From positions 3,552,001 through 3,616,000 of the forward strand of contig CAXXUK010000001.1 in NCBI GenBank assembly GCA_963665125.2: a stretch of DNA of 64,000 bases, in the 5' to 3' direction. The notes beneath the pieces are model-generated. The model was not told the origin of the DNA, did not search any database, and worked only from the letters and a program-made list of their open reading frames with translations. Shown here piece after piece: positions 1-9,026 of this stretch (positions are counted from its first letter, which is position 1; every line of letters starts with the position of its first letter). Both the position numbers and the translations under genes were made by a program. This DNA is from an uncultured Desulfarculus sp. (GTDB lineage Bacteria; Desulfobacterota; Desulfarculia; Desulfarculales; Desulfarculaceae).

Positions 1-677
1 TCGCCAAGAAGTACACCTTCCGCGGCCTGTCGTTCGCCGACCTGATTCAGGAAGGCAACATCGGCCTGATGAAGGCGGTGAACCGTTACGACTACCGCAC
101 GGGCTACCGCTTCAGCACTTTTGCTTCGTGGTGGATCCGCCAGACCATCAGCCGCGCCATCTACGACCAGGCCCGGACAATCCGCATCCCCATCCACTTG
201 CTGGAGTTGCGGTCCAAGTACTTCCGCGTGTACTACGGCCTCTTGAAAGAGCTGGGCCGTGAGCCGCTGCCCAGGGAAGTGGCCGACAAGGTGGGCATCA
301 GCGAGGATAAGGTCAAGGAGATCGTCAACCTGACCCTGGACAGCACCTCGCTGGAAACCCCGGTGGGTGAAGACGGCGACGAGCTGGGCGATTTCATCGA
401 GAACAAGGACGCCGAGGATCCCTTCGAGAAGGTCGGCGAAGGCGAAATGCACATTCACCTGGAGACGGCCCTGGAATCCTTGGACGCCCGTGAGCAGCGC
501 ATCCTGGCTATGCGTTTCGGCCTGGGTGATGAAGACGAGCACACCCTGGAAGAAGTCGGCCAGGTGTTCGGCCTGTCCCGTGAGCGCGTGCGCCAGATCG
601 AGAAGAAGGCCTTGCAGCGACTGCGTCACCCGCAGTGGCGCTCCATCCTGGAGGACCACGTAGGTCCGACCCAGTAG
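1..677 (+). CDS. Sigma-70 family RNA polymerase sigma factor (RpoD/RpoS-like), 5'-truncated by the window edge
   Basis: Frame open from base 3: [26 protein letters not shown] (region 2.2), [11 protein letters not shown] (2.3/2.4), SLETPVG (3.2), [30 protein letters not shown] (4.2). Confidence 0.93.
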   Translation, partial: AKKYTFRGLSFADLIQEGNIGLMKAVNRYDYRTGYRFSTFASWWIRQTISRAIYDQARTIRIPIHLLELRSKYFRVYYGLLKELGREPLPREVADKVGISEDKVKEIVNLTLDSTSLETPVGEDGDELGDFIENKDAEDPFEKVGEGEMHIHLETALESLDAREQRILAMRFGLGDEDEHTLEEVGQVFGLSRERVRQIEKKALQRLRHPQWRSILEDHVGPTQ

Positions 678-710
678 TACCCCTCCTCCGCCCGCAAGAG
701 TGGAGTTCGG

Positions 711-743
711 CGCGGCCCTTTAACAGGGGCCGCGTCTTTTTTT
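711..743 (+). terminator. Intrinsic terminator after the sigma gene
   Basis: cgcggccc..gggccgcg hairpin followed by a T7 tract. Confidence 0.8.
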
Positions 744-1010
744 GCCAAATAAAACGCCGCCGCCCGGTTTCCAGACAACGGCAAATCATAAAAGGTAGTT
801 ATTCACGAGTTCCATGGGTTCAGTGGCGAGGCGATGGAGAGCGCAGCTGTACGAACGCTGTACCGCAAACCCTCGACAACGAAGCCAATGGGCCCATGGG
901 CTCGCCCGTAGGGTGAAATTGTTTTGTGGATTGTCTTTTTTCTTTCAGCTTGCACAAGCTGGCGGGTCAACACTTAAGATCCATCGCCACAAAACAATTT
1001 CATGAATAAC

Positions 1011-1814
1011 CTAGTCCAACAGGGCCCCTTCCATATTCGCGCCCTCCAGGTTGGCCCCGTTGAGATCGGCGCCCCGCAGATCGGCTCCGCGCAAGTCCGC
1101 GCCCCTCAAATCAGCCCCGCCCAGTTTGGCGTCGGCCAGGCAGGCTCCGGCCAGGTCAACCCCCCGCAGGTCGCTCTGCTCCATCTCGGCCCAGCGCAAC
1201 TGGCCCTTTGGCAGACTCAAACAGCGCAGATCCATGTGGGCCAGGTCAACGCCGTCCAGGTCGGCACCGCCCAGCTTGGCGCCCTCCAGCTTGGCCGCCT
1301 TTAGGTTGGCCGTTACCAGGGATGCGCCGCGCAGGTCCGCGCCACGCAGGTCGGCTCCGTACATGTTCGCCTCGGTGAGCACCGCGGCCCGCAGATTTGC
1401 CTTGTTAAGGTTGGCGTTCACCAGGCGGCAGCCCCAGATCTGGGCCTCCTCCAGGTCCGCGCCGTGAAAGTCGGCCTTTTCGCAATCCGCATAATCGAGA
1501 TGGGCCTTTTTCATGGTGGCGTCGCTGAAATTCGCCCCGGAGAGCAGGGCGCCGGCCAGCACCGCGCCGGCCAGATCGGCTCCGGCAAAGTCCGCGCCCT
1601 TGGCCAGGGCGTTTTCCATGTTCAGGCGCACGCCCATTGATCCATTGCTGCGGACCCAGTTGCCGTGGTCTTCCTTGGCTCGGTCCAGCCAGCCCTTGTC
1701 AACCAAGTTGCCGTTTTTAAGCTTGGCCTGCCAATCATCGGCGGCCATGGCCGCAGAGCAGACGAAAAGCATAATCAGTATAAAAACAAATACCCTATTT
1801 CGATGTTCAGCCAT
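1011..1814 (-). CDS. Exported pentapeptide-repeat protein
   Basis: Signal peptide (VFVFILIMLFVCSAAMA) then many A(D/N)LxG pentapeptides (ADLRGADLRG). Confidence 0.9.
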   Translation of the reverse strand: MAEHRNRVFVFILIMLFVCSAAMAADDWQAKLKNGNLVDKGWLDRAKEDHGNWVRSNGSMGVRLNMENALAKGADFAGADLAGAVLAGALLSGANFSDATMKKAHLDYADCEKADFHGADLEEAQIWGCRLVNANLNKANLRAAVLTEANMYGADLRGADLRGASLVTANLKAAKLEGAKLGGADLDGVDLAHMDLRCLSLPKGQLRWAEMEQSDLRGVDLAGACLADAKLGGADLRGADLRGADLRGADLNGANLEGANMEGALLD

Positions 1815-1946
1815 TAAAATTCCAGACCTGTCGCCTCTGATTTATGGGGAGCCCTGGCCTCTCCGGCCAGTGTGGGCTATATAGAATATAAATTGATACC
1901 GCAGATCATGTAAAAATCACCACTGTATTTTTTCAGGAATGGCTTT

Positions 1947-2906
1947 ATGACCGATCCCGGCATGAAATGTTCCCGCTGCCGCCAACCGGCCCGCTTCCGG
2001 TTTCCGGCCCACAATGTGCGGTTCTGCGACGAATGCATGGACCTTTTTTTCCAGCGCCAAGTGGCCAAGGCCATCAAGGAATTCCACATGCTCCAGCCCG
2101 AGCAACGTGTCCTGGTGGCCATCAGTGGAGGCAAGGACTCCCTGGCCCTTTGGAAGGTTCTGGACAACATGGGCTACGACACCGAAGGCTTTCATCTTGC
2201 CCTGGAGATGGGCGATTTTTCCGAGGCCTCGCTGGAGAGTTGCCGGATCATGGCCGAAACGCTGGGCAGACCCCTGCATGTGGCCACTCTGGGCGAGCTT
2301 ACCGGAGGACTGACCATGCAGGAGATTGTCTGGGCCAGCCGCCGCCAGTTTTGCAGCGTCTGCGGCACCATGAAACGCCACTTCATGAACCGCATGTGCC
2401 TGGAGCTTGGTTTTGACACCGTGGCCACCGGCCATCATCTTGATGACGAAACCGGCCGCCTCTTGGGCAACATCCTTCATCAGCACGACCATTACCTGGA
2501 CTCCATGTGGCCGGTGCTGGAGGCGGGGGAAAGCGGATTCGCCCGCAAGGTCAAACCACTATGCCGCCTGGAGGGCAAGGAGATCCGGGCCTATGCCACG
2601 GTGCATGAGCTTCCCGTGGCCCAGGGCAAGTGCAAGGGCTCCAAGGGCGCGACCCTGCATTTTTATCAAAAAGCGATGAACCAGCTCGAGCAGGACATGC
2701 CCGGCACCAAGCATAATTTTTATCTGCAATTTCTGCGGGGCAAGGACGGCCCGCCGCCGCCGCCCGCCGAGGCCCGGCTATGCGCCAAATGCGGCACGCC
2801 CACAACAGCCGAGGTTTGCGGGGCCTGCCGTTTGCAGGAGCGCACCCTGAAATGGCGCGAAGACCGCAAGGAACGACTTGCCAGAAAAGCAGCCGAACAA
2901 GGATAA
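1947..2906 (+). CDS. tRNA 2-thiolation protein, TtuA/TtcA/Ncs6 family PP-loop ATPase
   Basis: N-terminal CSRC/CDEC Zn finger, SGGKDS PP-loop, CSVC, TGHHLDD, KPL, C-terminal CAKC/CGAC Zn finger (TtuA-type architecture). Confidence 0.88.
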   Translation: MTDPGMKCSRCRQPARFRFPAHNVRFCDECMDLFFQRQVAKAIKEFHMLQPEQRVLVAISGGKDSLALWKVLDNMGYDTEGFHLALEMGDFSEASLESCRIMAETLGRPLHVATLGELTGGLTMQEIVWASRRQFCSVCGTMKRHFMNRMCLELGFDTVATGHHLDDETGRLLGNILHQHDHYLDSMWPVLEAGESGFARKVKPLCRLEGKEIRAYATVHELPVAQGKCKGSKGATLHFYQKAMNQLEQDMPGTKHNFYLQFLRGKDGPPPPPAEARLCAKCGTPTTAEVCGACRLQERTLKWREDRKERLARKAAEQG

Positions 2907-3146
2907 TTAGGACCGCAAGGCTCTGTTTTTGTTAATCTGTAACCGATGGCAATTTAATTTTGGGCGAGAGGCCTTTAAAACCGGCCATGGTGATAAAGTA
3001 TATATCGACCGAGGCTCCGGGTTGGACGTGTGAAATCAGGGTAACACACAGATTGTGATACTTGTTCAACCCTAGATATGATATTTGTGTTCACTGTGTA
3101 GCCATATGGGGCGCCAATAGCACAAGCACAAAGGACAAGCAAGCCC

Positions 3147-3698
3147 ATGAAGCCCAAATTGACCCGGTCCGTTGATTTTGACCCGTTGGTCGATTTGGCT
3201 AAAATAGCGGAGCTGGCCCTTGCTTGGCGCAGTTTGTTTCGGCCGTCGGACCTTAGCGTGCTGCCTTCGGCCCTTGTGGCCCAGATGGAGAGCCTCGGCC
3301 GGGCTGAAACCCTGCGGCTCTATCTGGTAACCAGACTCAAAGACCCGTTGGCCCTGGCCATCATTGACGGCCTGAGCCAGGATGATGTAATCGATTTACT
3401 GGCCCTGGCCCCTGATCCGGACCAGCCGGACGTGGTCATGCCCCTGAGCCAGAGACCCAGCCAGCGGCGGGCCCTGGTGGAGGATGCGCCGGAGGGTCCC
3501 GGAGGGCGCGGCGTATTCTGCTTTTTGCTGGGCAGCCCGGAGGGCGCGGCCATGATAGATTTGGAGCCCGAAGGCCTTGTGCTGGCCATGGCCCGCTGGG
3601 GGGCCGGCAATGTCCTTGATCCTAATCCTTTGATCGGCAGCCGTCTTCGCGGTTTGGCTGGACGCCTGGCCGAGCTGGGGCAACCCGATGAACAGTAA
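3147..3698 (+). CDS. Hypothetical protein
   Basis: 183-aa ORF with host-like codon usage, co-oriented with neighbours; no recognised motif. Confidence 0.6.
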   Translation: MKPKLTRSVDFDPLVDLAKIAELALAWRSLFRPSDLSVLPSALVAQMESLGRAETLRLYLVTRLKDPLALAIIDGLSQDDVIDLLALAPDPDQPDVVMPLSQRPSQRRALVEDAPEGPGGRGVFCFLLGSPEGAAMIDLEPEGLVLAMARWGAGNVLDPNPLIGSRLRGLAGRLAELGQPDEQ

Positions 3699-3721
3699 GC
3701 TAACGTCTCCAAGGAGAGGCC

Positions 3722-4420
3722 ATGCGACGATTGGTTAAATCTTCGGTTCTCGCTATTGTCATCTCATTATTCTGTGTTATTCCGGCCCTTGCCGGATGGC
3801 AAGAGGAATTTAAAAACGGGCTTGATGACATCCGCTCCGGGCGCTACTCATCGGGCGCCGAAAAGGCCTACGTGGCCCTGCAAAACAACAACGTTGAACA
3901 ACAGGACCGGGCCCAGGCCATGGTCACGCTGATCAATTCCCTGTTCCAGGTGGACATGGACGAAGTTGCCGCCGCCATCCTCGACCGGGCCATGCGTGAC
4001 GACAAGGACAATGAAGATGTCTACTTGTTTTGCCGTGGGGCCATGTATGAGCGCAGTTGGCAGTTTGAACCGGCCATCAAGGCCTATGAAAAGGCCATAG
4101 AGATAAACGCGGAGAACGTCAGCTCACTGCTGGCCCTGAGCCGCCTGCGCCTGAGCTGCCCGGAAGACCAGTTCGTGGACCAGAAACAAGCCCTTGATCT
4201 TGCCCAGCGGGCGGCCAAGGCGGCGGCCAACAGCCGCAGCAAGACCATGTCCTATTTGCTCATTGCCAGGGTCCAGGCCACCATGGGCGATTTCGGCAAG
4301 GCCGCCCAAAGCCAGCAAAAGGCCATTGAGGAAGCCAAGGGCAAACTGGATGAAACCCAGTTGGAGCAGCTTGAGATGGTATTGCAGGAACTGAAGCGGA
4401 GGGCCGCCCTCAAAAAATGA
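3722..4420 (+). CDS. Exported TPR/helical-repeat protein
   Basis: AGGAG RBS, signal peptide ending ALA, TPR-like segments (FEPAIKAYEKAIEIN; GDFGKAAQSQQKAIE). Confidence 0.8.
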   Translation: MRRLVKSSVLAIVISLFCVIPALAGWQEEFKNGLDDIRSGRYSSGAEKAYVALQNNNVEQQDRAQAMVTLINSLFQVDMDEVAAAILDRAMRDDKDNEDVYLFCRGAMYERSWQFEPAIKAYEKAIEINAENVSSLLALSRLRLSCPEDQFVDQKQALDLAQRAAKAAANSRSKTMSYLLIARVQATMGDFGKAAQSQQKAIEEAKGKLDETQLEQLEMVLQELKRRAALKK

Positions 4421-4495
4421 GCTGCTTTACAACCTGTTGACTTGGCAGTATCTTTTAGCACCCGGGCGTACAACCTTGTTGGATGTATTTAAAAA

Positions 4496-6817
4496 ATGAC
4501 CCTTCGAATGGTCGATGACATTCTGGAACTTGTCGGCGAAACCCCACTGGTGCGTTTAAACCGGCTGGCGCCCAAGGGCGGCGCGCCGATCTATGCCAAG
4601 ATTGAATTCATGAATCCCGGCGGGTCCATCAAGGACCGGGCCGCCCTGCGCATGATCGAAGCGGCCGAAGCCAGCGGTGAACTCAAACCGGGCAAGATAG
4701 TCCTTGAGGCCACCAGCGGCAACACGGGCATAGGCCTGGCCATGGTCTGCGCGGTAAAAGGCTACAAGATGCTTTTTACCATGAGCGAGTCGGCCAGCGA
4801 AGAGCGCCGCAAGATTCTGCGGGCCTATGGCGCCGACATCCTGCTCACCCCGGCCCACATGGCCACCGATGGCGCCATCGAAGAAGCCTACAGGATGGCC
4901 CGTGATGAGCCGGAAAAATACTTTTTAGTCGATCAGTTTAACAACCCTGACAATCCCAAGGCCCATTCGGAGCGCGGCACGGCTGACGAGATCTTCGACG
5001 CCACCGCTGGCCAAGTCCGGGTGGTGGTTGCCACCCTGGGCACCTCGGGCACGGCCATGGGACTGGCCCAGCGTCTGCACGAATTGAGCCCGGAGATCAA
5101 GCTGATTGCCGTGGAGCCCTATCAGGGTCACAAGATCCAGGGCCTCAAGAATATGAAGGAATCCCTGGCGCCCGGCATCTTCGACCCCCGGCTGCCAGAC
5201 GAAATCGTCAACATCGACGACGACGAGGCCTATGCCACGGCCCGCCGCCTGGCCAGGGAAGAGGGCATTTTCGTGGGCATGAGCTCCGGGGCCGCCGTGG
5301 CCGAAGCCATCAAACAGGCCGAAAAGCTCGGAGACGGCCTGGTGGTGGCCATCGTGCCCGACGGCGGCGAGCGCTATCTGTCCACATCCCTTTTTGTATC
5401 GGAAAAGGTTCCCGAACCGCTTAAGTTTTTCAACACCCTTACCCGGCAGATCGACGAACTACGGCCCGTGCGGCCCGGACATGTGGGCATGTATGCCTGC
5501 GGCCCCAGCCTGGACGGCCCGCCGGATCTGGGCCTGTGCCGCCGCATGGTTTTCGCCGACCTGGTGCGCCGCTATCTGGAGCTTCGCGGCTTTGACGTCA
5601 AGCTTGTGGTCAACATCGCCGATATCGACGACCGCACGGTTAACCAGTGCCTGGCCGAAGGTGAGAAGCTCGACAGGTTCGCCGCCAAGTGGGAGCAGGC
5701 CTTCCACGTGGACATGGCCAAGATAAATATACTTCCAGCCACGGAATACCCCAAGGCCAGCACCCACGTCATGGACATGGTCGAGGAGACCCGCAAGCTG
5801 TTGGCCAAGGACGTGGCCTATGAAAAACTGCGCAGCGTTTATTTCAACATCAGCCGCTATCCTGAATACGGCAAGCTCAGCAGCGTTGATCTAAACGCCA
5901 TCCAAAGCGGCAAGACCGTTGACTACGACTATTATGAAAAAGAAAATCCCAGCGATTTCACCTTGTTCAAAAGGGCCAGTCTGGCCGAACTCAAGGCCGG
6001 CATCTACTGGCAGACCCCCTGGGGCAACTGCCGCCCCGGCTGGCATGTGGAATGCTCGTGCATGTCGAGCATCCACCTTGGCCAGCCTTTTGATATGCAC
6101 CTGGCCAGCACGGACCTGATCTTCCCCCATGGCGACAACGAGATCGCCATAGCCGAGAGCCTTTACGGCAAGCCCCTGGCCAACATGTGGCTGCACTCGG
6201 ACGTTGTGATGATCGACGGCAAAAAGGCCAACCGGGCCATGGGCAACGACGTCACCCTGCGGGCCCTGCTGGACAAGGGCTATTCGGCCCAGGCCGTGCG
6301 CTACTGGCTGCTGGGCCAGCATTACCGCCGGGCCCTGCGCTTCAATTCGGAAAACCTGGACCTGGCCGAGCGCACTGTGCGCCGCCTCAATGATTTCGTG
6401 GCCAGGATGCGCTTTCTTACGCCCCAGGCCGAGGCCAAGGCCGACGTTGACCAGAAGATATACGAGGCCCGCTACGGCTTCCAGGAGGCCATGGACCAGG
6501 ATCTGAACATGCCCAAGGCCATGGGCTTCGTTTTTGGTTTCATCAAAGATATCAATCGCATCGCCAGCGACGGCGGACTCACCGCCGACCAGATCGAAAA
6601 GACGCTGAATTTCATGAAGCGCATTGACAAAGTGTTGGCGGTTATCGACTTTAACGGCGGGGATATCGATCCGGCCATTGATGAGTTGGTGCGCCGCCGC
6701 GATGAAGCCAGAGCCAACGGCGACTTTGCCGCGGCCGACGCCATTCGCGATCAGCTCGGCGGCATGGGCATAAGCCTCGACGATACGCCCCAAGGCACGC
6801 GCTGGTACCGTGAATGA
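4496..6817 (+). CDS. Cysteine synthase (CysK/CysM) fused to a cysteinyl-tRNA-synthetase-like module with degenerate ATP motifs
   Basis: aa 1-300: NPGGSIKDR, TSGNTG, GTSGT, HKIQGL, DGGERYLST; aa ~310-773: FFNTLTR, YACGP, RPGWHVEC, DLIFPHGDNE, HYR, ADAIRDQL. Confidence 0.93.
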   Translation: MTLRMVDDILELVGETPLVRLNRLAPKGGAPIYAKIEFMNPGGSIKDRAALRMIEAAEASGELKPGKIVLEATSGNTGIGLAMVCAVKGYKMLFTMSESASEERRKILRAYGADILLTPAHMATDGAIEEAYRMARDEPEKYFLVDQFNNPDNPKAHSERGTADEIFDATAGQVRVVVATLGTSGTAMGLAQRLHELSPEIKLIAVEPYQGHKIQGLKNMKESLAPGIFDPRLPDEIVNIDDDEAYATARRLAREEGIFVGMSSGAAVAEAIKQAEKLGDGLVVAIVPDGGERYLSTSLFVSEKVPEPLKFFNTLTRQIDELRPVRPGHVGMYACGPSLDGPPDLGLCRRMVFADLVRRYLELRGFDVKLVVNIADIDDRTVNQCLAEGEKLDRFAAKWEQAFHVDMAKINILPATEYPKASTHVMDMVEETRKLLAKDVAYEKLRSVYFNISRYPEYGKLSSVDLNAIQSGKTVDYDYYEKENPSDFTLFKRASLAELKAGIYWQTPWGNCRPGWHVECSCMSSIHLGQPFDMHLASTDLIFPHGDNEIAIAESLYGKPLANMWLHSDVVMIDGKKANRAMGNDVTLRALLDKGYSAQAVRYWLLGQHYRRALRFNSENLDLAERTVRRLNDFVARMRFLTPQAEAKADVDQKIYEARYGFQEAMDQDLNMPKAMGFVFGFIKDINRIASDGGLTADQIEKTLNFMKRIDKVLAVIDFNGGDIDPAIDELVRRRDEARANGDFAAADAIRDQLGGMGISLDDTPQGTRWYRE

Positions 6818-6908
6818 TACAATAAATATACTTTTGGTGTTTTTGTGCCTATTAATACGGCCAACACACCAAGGTATTGACTAACCAGGACCTTTAACGA
6901 GGCGGACA

Positions 6909-7298
6909 ATGACCAAAGCAAAGCAGGACAGGCAAAACCTTTTGCGGGCCATTGAAGGCCTGAAGCTTTACCCGGCAGTTTTCATACCCGCGGCCGAGGG
7001 CGGCTTCGAGGTGATCTTTCCCAACCTCCCTGGGGCGCGGGCCTATGGTTCGGACAGGGAACAGGCCCAATTACACGCCGTTGAGGCCTTGACCGCCGAA
7101 CTGGGCCAATACGTGGCCGACGGAGACACACCGCCGGAGCCGTCAGACCAGGAGCGCCTGATCCCGGACGAAGAGGAGCCCATGGGCACCGAGCTGGTCC
7201 TCCTGGAACCCGATAAGGTCGTGCTGCGCAAGCGATTCGGCCTGATCAAGGGCGAAAAGGGCCTGGATCTGGGCCTGGGCAGGCTGGGGCGAAAGTAG
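6909..7298 (+). CDS. HicB-like antitoxin-fold protein
   Basis: YPAVFIPAAEGGFEVIFPNLPGARAYG..REQA..AVEAL..PPEPS matches the HicB N-terminal signature. Confidence 0.75.
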   Translation: MTKAKQDRQNLLRAIEGLKLYPAVFIPAAEGGFEVIFPNLPGARAYGSDREQAQLHAVEALTAELGQYVADGDTPPEPSDQERLIPDEEEPMGTELVLLEPDKVVLRKRFGLIKGEKGLDLGLGRLGRK

Positions 7299-7334
7299 TA
7301 AAATCATCCGCGCCTTTACAGCGGGGAGCTGGTC

Positions 7335-7616
7335 ATGTTCGAACTGGTGCAGGTAATCATCTGGCTGGGATACGGGCTCTATTTGTTTCTGGCCAACGGT
7401 ATGGCCCTCTTTTCGGGCCAGGGGGCGCTGTTTTTTCTGCTGGGCCCCATCCTTGCCGGTTACGTGCTGGCCATACCCATCGAGATCGGCATCCTGCGCA
7501 TATTGGAGCTTTTTCCCAGGGATACGCCCGGCTTCTTCGGCTGGCATGTGCTCACCGCAGTGGTGGTGGGCGTTTTGTTGACCCGCCTGGGCTTTTTCCT
7601 GGTCACCCTGATCTGA
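7335..7616 (+). CDS. Small integral membrane protein
   Basis: 93 aa, about three hydrophobic segments, GGGGAG RBS. Confidence 0.7.
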   Translation: MFELVQVIIWLGYGLYLFLANGMALFSGQGALFFLLGPILAGYVLAIPIEIGILRILELFPRDTPGFFGWHVLTAVVVGVLLTRLGFFLVTLI

Positions 7617-7628
7617 TTTGAGCCGTTA

Positions 7629-8939
7629 ATGGCAATATTTCATCTCTTAAATCTAGGCTGCGCCAAAAACCTAGTGGAGGGCGAACACATCGCCGGGATG
7701 CTGTTGGCCGCCGGCTGGCAGGCCTCGCCCGCCACCGAGCAGGCCGATTGGCTCATAGTCAACACCTGCGGCTTTATCCAGCCCGCTGTGGAAGAGGCCA
7801 TTGATGCCATTTTGGAGCTGGCCGACACTAGGCTGGAGGGGCAAAAACTGGCCGTGGTGGGCTGCCTGGTGGGTCGCTACGGCAAAAAGCTGGTCCGCAG
7901 CCTGACCGAGGTCGATCTGTTCGTGGCGCCCGGTCGTCTGGCCGACATGGCCCATCTGTTGAACCATCCGCCCGGCGATAAGCTGGCCATTGCCCCGGCC
8001 AGGGATATCTTCGGCGCGGCCCACCCCAGAGCCGTCACCACGGGCCCGGGCTGGGCCTATCTGCGCATTGCCGACGGCTGCGCCCACCGCTGCGCCTTTT
8101 GCACCATTCCGGCCATCAGGGGGCCGCTGCGCTCCCGCACGGCGACCGATATCCTGGCCGAGGCGCGAATTCTAGCCGAAAACGGCGTAAAAGAGCTCAA
8201 CCTGGTGGCCCAGGACCTTGCCTCCTATGGCCAGGACCTTGCCGAAGGGCCGGATCTGGCCGAGCTGCTGCCCTTGGTGGCCGGTGTGCCGGGAATCCAG
8301 TGGGTGCGGCCTTTGTATCTGCACCCTGACATGCTCGACCAGCGGCTTATCGAGGTTATCGCCGGTACGCCGGGCGTTATGCCGTATTTTGATATTCCCT
8401 TGCAGCATCTGGCCGACCCGGTGCTCCGCGCCATGGGCCGCGGGCGAGTAGGAGCCCAGTTGCGGGAGCTGATAAGCCGGATCAGGCAGGCCAATCCGGC
8501 GGCCACCCTGCGCACCACCTTGCTGGTGGGCCACCCTGGCGAAGGCCAAGCCGATTTTGACCTGCTGGTCAAGGCAGTCGAGGAACTGGAATTCGATCAT
8601 CTTGGAGCCTTCGCCTTTTGCCCGGAGGCCGGGGCCCGTTCGGCCCGGCTGGAAGCCCCCGATCCGGAGATTGCCCGGGAGCGGGCTGCCATCATCATGC
8701 AGACCCAGCGCGAAGTTTCCCGGCGCAGGCTGGCGGCCAAGGTGGGACAGACCATGCCGCTATTGTTCCTGGGCCAACACCGCGAACATGAATATGTGCG
8801 ATGGGGCCGTTTGGCATCCCAGGCACCGGAAGCCGACGGCGAAACCTTTATCACCGACGGCAAAGCGACGGCCGGTGAAATTGTTCAATGCCGCATCACA
8901 GCTAGCCATGATTACGACCTTGAAGCTGTAATTTTTTAA
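7629..8939 (+). CDS. rimO: Ribosomal protein S12 methylthiotransferase (MiaB-like radical SAM)
   Basis: LGCAKNLVE, NTCGFI, GCL, radical-SAM CAHRCAFC, YLHP, APEADG TRAM tail. Confidence 0.9.
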   Translation: MAIFHLLNLGCAKNLVEGEHIAGMLLAAGWQASPATEQADWLIVNTCGFIQPAVEEAIDAILELADTRLEGQKLAVVGCLVGRYGKKLVRSLTEVDLFVAPGRLADMAHLLNHPPGDKLAIAPARDIFGAAHPRAVTTGPGWAYLRIADGCAHRCAFCTIPAIRGPLRSRTATDILAEARILAENGVKELNLVAQDLASYGQDLAEGPDLAELLPLVAGVPGIQWVRPLYLHPDMLDQRLIEVIAGTPGVMPYFDIPLQHLADPVLRAMGRGRVGAQLRELISRIRQANPAATLRTTLLVGHPGEGQADFDLLVKAVEELEFDHLGAFAFCPEAGARSARLEAPDPEIARERAAIIMQTQREVSRRRLAAKVGQTMPLLFLGQHREHEYVRWGRLASQAPEADGETFITDGKATAGEIVQCRITASHDYDLEAVIF

Positions 8940-9026
8940 CCACTGTCGCTTTTATCCACAATTGTGCTTTATTCTCGCCCAATGTTTGTTATACATAACG
9001 CAGTAAAGTGAATTTTCGGAGGCGTT

